This document shows, piece by piece, positions 38,959 through 50,223 of a stretch of 64,000 nucleotides of DNA. Below the pieces are notes generated by a model. That model was not told the DNA's origin, ran no database searches, and saw only the letters and a list, made by a program, of their open reading frames with translations. This DNA is from Ranitomeya imitator (taxonomy: Eukaryota), in the NCBI RefSeq assembly GCF_032444005.1, contig NC_091289.1:170872001-170936000 (forward strand), in the 5' to 3' direction. The stretch's first letter is position 1. The number at the start of each line of letters is the position of its first letter. A program made the translations under genes and the position numbers.

Positions 38959-38972
38959 GTGCCATCTGCTGG
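38959..38972 (-). promoter_or_regulatory. Candidate CTCF site (reverse)
   Basis: Minus strand CCAGCAGATGGCAC, a perfect match to CCASYAGRKGGCRS in non-repeat-looking sequence. Confidence 0.55.
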
Positions 38973-39505
38973 TGAGATAATGCACATCATGCTCAGACAC
39001 CACACTGCACAGAGAATTTACACTTTCTCCCTCTGCAGCACATTTGACATTTGTTCCAGGCAAATCTCCCGGCCGGCATAAACGTGAAGTGTATTCCTAG
39101 TGCTTCATGTAGCCAAAGGCGATCAAAAGAGCATTCTTTTGGTCTCTGTCATTGACATACTTTTTTTTTAATACTATATATATATATATATACTGTATAT
39201 ATTTTGATATACATTGGACCTCCATAGCAAAACATATAACGCACAGTATATGTGTTTTATTACAATTTTCAGTCAGTATGCCTATGCAGTGCCATACATT
39301 GAAGCCTTATGTCAGGGGTGTACATTGGAACATTTTCCAAAAGTATACCTCCGCACTACGAACTCTGCGCTGATCCGTTATAGAGGACCTTGCCATTAAT
39401 ATGTATCTGGATTATTGGGATTATTTCTGAAAAACCAGGACAATTGGTCAAATTAATGATAGTTGGCATGTATGCACCTTTTAATGAGATGGGAATAACC
39501 TTTAA

Positions 39506-39729
39506 CCCATTACTTGCCAAATTAAAATTTTTACAAGTACGGATTTTTCAGAAAAAGGGCGTCCCAATATTCAATTAAAAATGACAATGACATGATTTCC
39601 TATTTTGAAAACATTCATTTTACAAACACAACACAAAAAATTGGACCTAATTATAAAAATTATAAAATCTTAGTTGCCAGAAGCTAAAAGATTAGGCGTC
39701 CCAAAAAAAGGACATTGGTAGATAATGGG
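39506..39729. mobile_element. piggyBac-type MITE
   Basis: TTAA|CCCATTACTTGCCAA...TTGGTAGATAATGGG|TTAA. Confidence 0.7.
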
Positions 39730-39733
39730 TTAA

Positions 39734-40080
39734 AGGGAACCTGTCACTTGCCATAATCTGGTGTAAATGCCGCTGTTCTCCTGAATCTGGCGTTGTTTTT
39801 CTTTTGTCTCTGCTCCTCTCTGTTCCTAAGATATGGCCACTTCTTCTCTGTATATAAATCTACTGTTTTTTAGCCATTTGGGTGTGGTCATTATGAAAAC
39901 ACCCATAGACCAGTGTTGGTGACCACACCCACTTTGCTAACCAAACAAGATTTATATAGAAGAAGAAGGGGCCAAATCTTAGGAATGGAGAGGAGCATGA
40001 ACAAAAGAAAAACAGTGTCGGATTCAGTAGAACAGCGGCATTTATACCAAGTAAAAATTATGGCAAGTGACATGTTCTCT
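39734..40080. mobile_element. Kolobok/T2-type MITE
   Basis: TTAA|AGGGAACCTGTCACTTGCCATAAT...ATTATGGCAAGTGACATGTTCTCT|TTAA. Confidence 0.85.
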
Positions 40081-40380
40081 TTAAGGGTTATTTCCATCTC
40101 ATTAAGAGGTGCATATATGCCAACTATTTAGAATTTGTCTAATTGTCCTGATTTTTGAGCGATAATCCCAGGAAATGTGCAGTGTACCAGGCCAAAAGGA
40201 GAATAGGTTACGAACCGTAATTCCTGACGATAAAGGAGCGTTTCTCCTAAAGAACTAAAATGCTCCTAAAGACACAAATTTTGGCAACTATGAGTGATGT
40301 CATATAGCTAGATGATGCATGAACGCCAGGGCATTGATGTGTGAGCCCTCAGCCGATCCCTAGAATGAATGTAGTTGTAC

Positions 40381-41107
40381 TGTTATGATCCGGTGACCTA
40401 GGAGCTGCATGAGAACTTTCACTGGAGAAAGTGGCCACTGTACTGACCGCAATCCTGAACTTAACACCGCAACTAGAAGTAGCCGTGGAGTGTAGCTAAC
40501 ACACCTAGACACCTCGTCACAGCCGGAGAACTAAATACCCCTAAAGATGGAAATAGGAATACTATCTTGCCTCAGAGAAAATCCCCAAAGGATAGACAGA
40601 CCCCACAAATATTGGCGGTGAGTCGGAGAGAAAAAAACATACACAGGCAGAAAAACAGGATTAGTACAGGAGGCCACTCTAGCTAGATAGGACAGGATAG
40701 GACAGAGTTCTGTGTGGTCAGTATAAAACCCTTCAAAAACATCCACAGCAGAAATTACAAAAACTTCCTACATCTACTAAAAGATGTAGGAGCGTATATC
40801 CGCAACTCCAGTGAATCCTACAATCAGAGCAGGAATAAAACTGAAACAAGCACACCGGCAGTGTGCCAAGAAACAAAAAACAAACACTTATCTTTGCTGA
40901 AATAGGCAGCGAGCAGGAGAAGCCAGAAAGTGATCCAACACTTCACAAGGAACATTGACAACTGGCAGGGACTAAAGAGTCCTGCAAAGCTAAATACCCC
41001 AGTCAGCCTTGCAATTAGCAGATACACCTGTCCAATCCTGCAGTCCAGGCACAACTGCATTACCATCTACAACCACCGGAGGGAGCCCAAAAGCAGAATT
41101 AACAACA
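40381..41107. mobile_element. Probable solo LTR
   Basis: TGTT...AACA termini, ~730 bp, no ORF; no clean TSD recovered. Confidence 0.5.
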
Positions 41108-41111
41108 TACA

Positions 41112-41499
41112 GCAAACCTTCTTGCCACAGCTCGCATTGATGTGCCATCCTGGATGAGCTGCACTACCTGAGCCACTTGTGTGGGTTGTAGAGTCAGTCT
41201 CATGCTACCACGTGTGTGAAAGCACAACCAACATTCAAAAGTGACCAAAACATCAGCCAGAAAGCATTGGTACTGAGATGTGGTCTGTGGTCCCCACCTG
41301 CAGAACCACTCCTTTATTGAGGGTGTCTTGATAATTGCCAAACATTTCCATCTGTTGTCTATTCCATTTGCACAACAGCACGTGAAATTGATTGTCAATC
41401 AGTGTTGCTTCCTAAGTGGACAGTTTGATTTCACAGAAGATTAATTTACTTGGAGTTATAGTCTGTTATTTAAGTGTTCCCTATATTTTTTGAGCAGTG
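41112..41499 (-). mobile_element. Tc1 5'-end fragment
   Basis: Minus strand TA|CACTGCTCAAAAAATATAGGGAACACTT...; N-terminal remnant [32 protein letters not shown]. Confidence 0.7.
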
Positions 41500-42644
41500 T
41501 ATATAACATACTATATGACACATATACAGCAGCATATAACACACATAGTATAATATATAACATACTATATGACATATATACAGTTGCATATAACACACGT
41601 AGTATAGTATATAGCATACTATATGACATATATACAGTAGTATAACACATGGTATAATATATAACATACTATATGACGTATACAGTAGCATATAACACAT
41701 GTAGTATAGTATATAGCATACTATATGACATATATACAGTAGTATAACACATGGTATAATATATAACATACTATATGACATATATACAGTTGCATATAAC
41801 ACACGTAGTATAGTATATAGCATACTATATGACATATATACAGTAGTATAACACATGGTATAATATATAACATACTATATGACGTATACAGTAGCATATA
41901 ACACACGTAGTATAGTATATAGCATACTATATGACATATATACAGTAGTATAACGCATGGTATAATATATAACATACTATATGATGTATACAGTAGCATA
42001 TAACACATGTAGTATAGTATATAGCATACTATATGACATATACGGTAGTATAACACATGGTATACTATATAACATACTATATGACGTATACAGTAGCATA
42101 TAACACATGTAGTATAGTATATAGCATACTATATGACATATATACAGTAGTATAACACATGGTATAATATATAACATACTATATGACATATATACAGTTG
42201 CATATAACACACGTAGTATAGTATATAGCATACTATATGACATATATACAGTAGTATAACACATGGTATAATATATAACATACTATATGACGTATACAGT
42301 AGCATATAACACACGTAGTATAATATATAACATACCATATGACATATATACAGTAGTATAACACACGGTATAATATATAACATACCATATGACATATATA
42401 CAGTAGTATAACACACATAGTATAATATATAACCTACTATATGACATATATACAGTAGCATATAACACACACAGTATAATATATAACCTACTATATGACA
42501 TGTACACAGTAGTAGATAACATACATAGTATAATATATAACATGCTATATGACATATGATATACAGTAGCATATAACACACATAGTATAATATATAACAT
42601 ACAATATGACATATACAGTAGCATATAACACACATAGTATAATA

Positions 42645-44985
42645 CAGGTCCTTCTCAAAAAATTAGCATATAGTGTTAAATTTCATTATTTACCATAATG
42701 TAATGATTACAATTAAACTTTCATATATTATAGATTCATTATCCACCAACTGAAATTTGTCAGGTCTTTTATTGTTTTAATACTGATGATTTTGGCATAC
42801 AACTCCTGATAACCCAAAAAACCTGTCTCAATAAATTAGCATATCAAGAAAAGGTTCTCTAAACGACCTATTACCCTAATCTTCTGAATCAACTAATTAA
42901 CTCTAAACACATGCAAAAGATACCTGAGGCTTTTATAAACTCCCTGCCTGGTTCATTACTCAAAACCCCCATCATGGGTAAGACTAGCGACCTGACAGAT
43001 GTCAAGAAGGCCATCATTGACACCCTCAAGCAAGAGGGTAAAGGTACCTTCACACATAACGATATTGTTAACGATATCGTTGCTATTTGTGATGTAGCAA
43101 CGATATCGTTAATGAAATCGTTATGTGTGACAGCGACCAACGATCAGGCCCCTGCTGGGAGATTGTTGGTCGCTGAATAAAGTCCAGAACTTTATTTGGT
43201 CGCTGGACTCCCTGGAGACATCGCTGGATCGGCGTGTGTGACACCGATCCAGCGATGTCTTCACTGGTAACCAGGGTAAACATCGGGTAACTAAGCGCAG
43301 GGCCGCGCTTAGTAACCCGATGTTTACCCTGGTTACCATGCTAAAAGTAAAAAAAAAAAAACACTAGATACTTACCTAACGCTGTCTGTCCTCCAGCGCT
43401 GTGCTCTGCACTCCTCCTGTACTGTCTGTGAGCCGGAAAGCAGAGCGGTGACGTCACCGCTCTGCTTTCCGGCTCACAGACAGTACAGGAGGAGAGCAGA
43501 GAAGCAGAGCGCAGCGCTGGAGGACAGACAGCGGTAGGTAAGTATCTAGTGTTTGTTTTTTTTAACTTTTAGCATGGTATCCAGGGTAAACATCGGGTTA
43601 CTAAGCGCGGCCCTGCGCTTAGTTACCCGATGTTTACCCTGGTTACCGGCATCGTTGGTCGCTGGAGAGCGGTCTGTGTGACAGCTCTCCAGCGACCAAA
43701 CAGCGACGCTGCAGCGATCCGGATCGTTGTTGGTATCGCTGCAGCGTCGCTTAATGTGAAGGGGCCTTAAGACCCAGAAAGAAATTTCTCAACAAATAGG
43801 CTGTTCCCAGAGTGCTGTATCAAGGCACCTCAATGGTAAGTCTGTTGGAAGGAAACAATGTGGCAGAAAACGCTGTACAACGAGAAGAGGAGACCGGACC
43901 CTGAGGAAGATTGTGGAGAAGGACCGATTCCAGACCTTGGGGAACCTGAGGAAGCAGTGGACTGAGTCTGGTGTGGAAACATCCAGAGCCACCGTGCACA
44001 GGCGTGTGCAGGAAATGGGCTACAGGTGCCGCATTCCCCAGGTAAAGCCACTTTTGAACCATAAACAGCGGCAGAGGCGCCTGACCTGGGCTACAGAGAA
44101 GCAGCACTGGACTGTTGCTAAGTGGTCCCAAGTACTTTTTTCTGATGAAAGCAAATTTTGCATGTCATTCGGAAATCAAGGTGCCAGAGTCTGGAGGAAG
44201 ACTGGGGAGAAGGAAATGCCAAAATGCCTGAAGTCCAGTGTCAAGTACCCACAGTCAGTGATGGTGTGGGGTGCCATGTCAGCTGCTGGTGTTGGTCCAC
44301 TGTGTTTCATCAAGGGCAGGGTCAATGCAGCTAGCTATCAGGAGATTTTGGAGCACTTCATGCTTCCATCGGCTGAAATGCTTTATGGAGATGAAGATTT
44401 CATTTTTTAGCACGACCTGGCACCTGCTCACAGTGCCAAAACCACTGGTAAATGGTTTACTGACCATGGTATTACTGTGCTCAATTGGCCTGCCAACTCT
44501 CCTGACCTGAACCCCATAGAGAATCTGTGGGATATTGTGAAGAGAAAGTTGAGAGACGCAAGACCCAACACTCTGGATGAGCTTAAGGCCACTATTGAAG
44601 CATCCTGGGCCTCCATAACATCTCAGCAGTGTCACAGGCTGATTGCCTCCATGCCACGCCGCATTGAAGCAGTCATTTCTGCCAAAGGATTCCCGACCAA
44701 GTATTGAGTGCATAACTGAACATTATTATTTGATGGTTTTTTTGTTTGTTATTAAAAAACACTTTTATTTGATTGGATGGGTGAAATATGCTAATTTATT
44801 GAGACAGGTTTTTTGGGTTATCAGGAGTTGTATGCCAAAATCATCAGTATTAAAACAATAAAAGACCTGACAAATTTCAGTTGGTGGATAATGAATCTAT
44901 AATATATGAAAGTTTAATTGTAATCATTACATTATGGTAAATAATGAAATTTAACACTATATGCTAATATTTTGAGAAGGACCTG
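42645..44985 (+). mobile_element. Full-length IR/DR-type Tc1 transposon, transposase inactivated
   Basis: TA TSD; ~200-bp TIRs. ORF 42974-44707 (MGKTSDLTDVKK...FSDESK...HDLAPAH...NSPDLNPIENLW...PTKY) is interrupted by a MITE at 43042-43767 and one TAG at 44408-44410. Confidence 0.95.
43042..43767. mobile_element. 726-bp Harbinger-type palindromic MITE (copy 2, inverted relative to copy 1)
   Basis: TAA TSD; excision restores GAG GGT AAG ACC CAG (EGKTQ) in the Tc1 frame. Confidence 0.9.
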
Positions 44986-45110
44986 TATATAACATACTAT
45001 ATGACATATATACAATAGCATATAACACACATAGTATAATATATAACATACTATATGACATACAGTAGCATATAACACACATAGTATAATATATAACATG
45101 CTATATGACA

Positions 45111-45247
45111 AGGTCCTCGCCCCTCTGTATCAGTCCGTCATTGTTAGTTTGTTTACTGTATGTGATATTTGTAACTTGTATGTAACCCCTTCTCATGTAC
45201 AGCACCATGGAATCAATGGTGCTATATAAATAAATAATAATAATAAT
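45111..45247 (+). mobile_element. L2-type 3' tail fragment
   Basis: Similar to 37750-37895 (…CATGTACAGCACCATGGAATCAATGGTGCTATATAAATAAATAATAAT). Confidence 0.7.
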
Positions 45248-45391
45248 ATATACAGTAGTAGATAATACACATAGTATAATATATAGCATGCTATATGACA
45301 TATATACGGTAGCATATAACACACATAGTATAATATATAACATGCTATATGACATATATACAGTAGCATATAACACACATATTATAATATA

Positions 45392-47043
45392 CAGTTAGGG
45401 CCAGAAATATTTGGACAGTGACACAATTTTCGCGAGTTGGGCTCTGCATGCCACCACATTGGATTTGAAATGAAACCTTTACAACAGAATTCAAGTGCAG
45501 ATTGTAACGTTTAATTTGAAGGGTTGAACAAAAATATCTGATAGAAAATGTAGGAATTGTACACAATTCTTTACAAACACTCCACATTTTAGGAGGTCAA
45601 AAGTAATTGGACAAATAAACATAACCCAAACAAAATATTTTTATTTTCAATATTTTGTTGCAAATCCTTTGGAGGCAATCACTGCCTTAAGTCTGGAACC
45701 CATGGACATCACCAAACGCTGGGTTTCCTCCTTCTTAATGCTTTGCCAGGCCTTTACAGCCGCAGCCTTCAGGTCTTGCTTGTTTGTGGGTCTTTCCGTC
45801 TTAAGTCTGGATTTGAGCAAGTGAAATGCATGCTCAATTGGGTTTAGATCTGGAGATTGACTTGGTCATTGCAGAATGTTCCACTTTTTGGCACTCATGA
45901 ACTCCTGGGTAGCTTTGGATGTATGCTTGGGGTCATTGTCCATCTGTACTATGAAGCGCCGTCCAATCAACTTTGCAGCATTTGGCTGAATCTGGGCTGA
46001 AAGTATATCCCGGTACACTTCAGAATTCATCCGGCTACTCTTGTCTGCTCTTATGTCATCAATAAATACAAGTGACCCAGTGCCATTGAAAGCCATGCAT
46101 GCCCATGCCATCACGTTGCCTCCACCATGTTTTACAGAGGATGTGGTGTGCCTTGGATCATGTGCCGTTCCCTTTCTTCTCCAAACTTTTTTCTTCCCAT
46201 CATTCTGGTACAGGTTGATCTTTGTCTCATCTGTCCATAGAATACTTTTCCAGAACTGAGCTGGCTTCTTGAGGTGTTTTTCTGCAAATTTAACTCTGGC
46301 CTGTCTATTTTTGGTATTGATGAATGGTTTGCATCTAGATGTGAACCCTTTGTATTTACTGTCATGGAGTCTTCTCTTTACTGTTGACTTAGAGACAGAT
46401 ACACCTACTTCACTGAGAGTGTTCTGGACTTCAGTTGATGTTGTGAACGGGTTCTTCTTCACCAAATTAAGTATGCGGCGATCATCCACCACTGTTGTCA
46501 TCCGTGGACGCCCAGGCCTTTTTGAGTTCCCAAGCTCACCAGTCAATTCCTTTTTTCTCAGAATGTACCCAACTGTTGATTTTGCTACTCCAAGCATGTC
46601 TGCTATCTCTCTGATGGATTTTTTTTTTTTTCAGCCTCAGGATGTTCTGCTTCACCTCAATTGAGAGTTCCTTTGACCGCATGTTGTCTGCTCACAGCAA
46701 CAGCTTCCAAATGCAAAACCACACACCTGGAATCCACCCCTGACCTTTTAACTACTTCATTGATTACAGGTTAACGAGGGAGACGCCTTCAGAGTTAATT
46801 GCAGCCCTTAGAGTCCATTGTCCAATTACTTTTGGTCCCTTGAAAAAGAGGACGCTATGCATTACAGAGCTATGATTCCTAAACCCTTTCTCCGATTTGG
46901 ATGTGGAAACTATCATATTGCAGCTGGGAGTGTGCACTTTCAGCCCATATTATATATATATAATTGTATTTCTGGACATGTTTTTGTAAACAGCTAAAAT
47001 AACAAAACTTGTGTCACTGTCCAAATATTTCTGGCCCTAACTG
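45392..47043 (-). mobile_element. Full-length Tc1 transposon, transposase inactivated
   Basis: TA TSD; ~35-bp TIR CAGTTAGGGCCAGAAATATTTGGACAGTGACACAA; CDS 45647-46682 with WTDETK, MDNDPKH, SPDLNPIE; A13 slippage frameshift near 46620 and TGG>TGA at 45866. Confidence 0.95.
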
Positions 47044-47050
47044 TATAACA

Positions 47051-49456
47051 TCTATAATATAACGCTGGGAGCGTCACTCTGTCCGAAGCCTTTATAGACT
47101 GCGCAAGCGCCGGCGCAGTCTGGACCCCGCAGAGTGACGCTCCCAGGAGATCGCGGTATGCGTAAACACTGAACGCACACCGCGATCTCCACCGGAGAGT
47201 CAGGGACCGCCAGGAGGGTAAGTATATTCACCTGTCCCCCGTTCCAGCGCTGCGTGCGGCTCCGTCTCCCGGGTCCTCTGCTGTGACGTTCCCAGTTCAG
47301 AGGGCGCGATGACGCGCTTAATGCGCGCCGGCGCCGCCCTCTGACTGAACAGTCACAGCCAGAGGAGCCGGAAGATGGCGGCACGCAGCGCTGGAACGGG
47401 ACAGACAGGTGAGTATAGCAAGTGCTGGGGGCCTGAGCTAGCGGTGACTCCGGCACCTGACTTCCACAGCGCGCCGGTGTCCCCGCCTGCTCAGGCCCCC
47501 AGCACTCGGCACCCAGCGACGATAGGTGAGTATGGTTTTTGTTTTTTTTTTATATATGGCAGCAGCATACGGGGCATATATAATGGAGCATCTTATGGGG
47601 GGCATATAATACAATGGTGGCGCAGGATGGCAGCAGCACATGACAGAACGGGCGCAGGATGGGAGCAGCACATGACAGAACGGGCGCAGGATGGCAGCAG
47701 CACATGACAGAACGGGCGCAGGATGGTAGCAGCACATGACAGAACGGGGGCACAGGATGGCAGCAGCACATGACAGAACGGGGGCGCAGGATGGGAGCAG
47801 CACATGACAGAACGGGCGCACGATGGCAGCAGCACATGACAAAACGGGCGCAGGATGGGAGCAGCACATGACAGAACGGGGGCGCAGGATGGCAGCAGCA
47901 CATGACAGAACGGGCGCAGGATGGTAGCAGCACATGACAGAACGGGGGCACAGGATGGCAGCAGCACTTGACAGAACGGGGGCGCAGGATGGGAGCAGCA
48001 CATGACAGAACAGGGGCGCAGGATGGGAGCAGCACATGACAGAACAGGGGCGCAGGATGGCAGCAGCACATGACAGAACGGGGGCGCAGGATGGGAGCAG
48101 CACATGACAGAATGGGGCGCAGGATGGCAGCAGCACATGACAGAACGGGCGCAGGATGGGAGCAGCACATGACAGAACAGGGGCGCAGGATGGGAACAGC
48201 ACATGACAGAACAGGGGCGCAGGATGGGAGCAGCACATGACAGAATGGGGGCAGGATGGGAGCAGCACATGACAGAACGGGGGCAGGATGGCAGCAGCAC
48301 ATGACAGAACGGGCGCAAGATGGGAGCATCACATGACAGAACGGGGGCAGGATGGCAGCAGCACATGACAGAACTGGCGCAGGATGGGAGCAGCACATGA
48401 CAGAACGGGGGCGCAGGATGACAGCAGCACATGACAGAACGGGCGCAGGATGGGAGCAGCACATGACAGAACAGGGGCGCAGGATGGGAGCAGCACATGA
48501 CAGAACGGGGGCGCAGGATGGCAGCAGCACATGACAGAACGGGGGCGCAGGATGGGAGCAGCACATGACAGAACGGGCGCAGGATGGGAGCAGCACATGA
48601 CAGAACGGGGGCACAGGATGGGAGCAGCACATGACAGAACGGGCGCACGATGGCAGCAGCACATGACAAAACGGGCGCAGGATGGGAGCAGCACATGACA
48701 GAACGGGGGCGCAGGATGGCAGCAGCACATGACAGAACGGGCGCAGGATGGGAGCAGCACATGACAAAACGGGCGCAGGATGGGAGCAGCACATGACAGA
48801 ACGGGGGCGCAGGATGGCAGCAGCACATGACAGGATGGGAGCAGCAAATGACAGAATGGAGGCGCAGGATGGGAGCAGAACATGTCAGAATGGAGGCGCA
48901 GGATGGGTGCAGCACATGTCACAATGGGGGCGCAGGATGGGAGCAGCACATGACAGAATGGGGGCGCAGGATGGGTGCAACACATGACAGAATGGGGGCG
49001 CAAGATGGGTGCAGAACATGTCAGAATGGAGGCGCAGGATGGGTGCAGAACATGTCAGAATGTGGGCGCAGGATGGGAGCAGCACATGTCACAATGGGGG
49101 CGCAGGATGGAAGCAGCACATGACAGAATGGGGGCGCAGGATGGGTGCAACACATGGCAGGATGGGGGCGCAGGATGGGTGCAGCACGACAGGATGGGGA
49201 CGCAGGATGGAGCAGCACATGTCAGAATGGGGGAGCAGGATGGGAGCAGCACATGTCAGAATGGGGGTGCAGGATGGGTGCAGCACATGACAGGATGGGG
49301 ACGCAGGATGGGTGCAGCACATGTCAGGATGGGGACGCAGGATTGAGCAGCTCATGACAGGATGGGGACGCAGGATGGAGCAGCACATTCCAGGATGGAG
49401 ACCATATATCAATATAGATGCTAGCCACCCGGGCGTAGAACGGGTTCAATAGCTAG
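47051..49456 (+). mobile_element. Non-autonomous Helitron with an internal 32-34 bp minisatellite (~47620-49395)
   Basis: A|TCTATAATATAAC...hairpin ACCCG-GGCGTAGAA-CGGGT...CTAG|T; repeat unit GCAGGATGGGAGCAGCACATGACAGAACGGG(GG)C. Confidence 0.85.
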
Positions 49457-50223
49457 TGCTATATGACATACAGTAGCATATAACACACATAGTATAATAT
49501 ATAATATGCTATATGACATATATACAGTAGCATATAACACACATATAATATATAACATGCTATATGACATACAGTAGCATATAACACACATAGTATAATA
49601 TATAACATACTATATGACATACAGTAGTAGATAACACACATAGTATAATATATAACATACTATATGACATGTATACAGTAGTAGATAACACACACAGTAT
49701 AATATATAACATACTATATGACATATATACAGTAGCATATAACACACATAGTATAATATATAATATATAACATACTATATGACATGTATACAGTAGTAGA
49801 TAACACACATAGTATAATATATAACATACTATATGACATATATACAGTAGCATATAACACACATAGTATAATATATAACATACTATATGACATGTATACA
49901 GTAGTAGATAACACACACAGTATAATATATAACATACTATATGACATATATACAGTAGCATATAACACACATAGTATAATATATAACATACTATATGACA
50001 TGTATACAGTAGCATATAACACACATAGTATAATATATAACATGCTATATGACATGTATACAGTAGTAGATAACACACACAGTATAATATATAACATGCT
50101 ATATGACATATATACAGTAGCATATAACACACATAGTATAATATATAATATATAACATACTATATGACATATATAGTAGCATATAACACACATAGTATAA
50201 TATATAACATACTATATGCAGAG

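Larger units (their letters stand above)
41501..50217. repeat. AT-rich ~54-bp minisatellite split by insertions (41501-42642, 44986-45110, 45248-45390, 49457-50217)
   Basis: CAGTAGCATATAACACACATAGTATAATATATAACATACTATATGACATATATA variants. Confidence 0.93.

Noticed and set aside
47438-49412. Long Cys/His-rich ORFs (up to 440 aa) resembling metallothionein or keratin-associated proteins
   Set aside because: They are translations of the Helitron-internal 32-34 bp repeat, open in several frames at once, with no splice or promoter context
41456-50193. Tyr/Ile/Cys-rich ORFs
   Set aside because: Translations of the AT-rich 54-bp minisatellite
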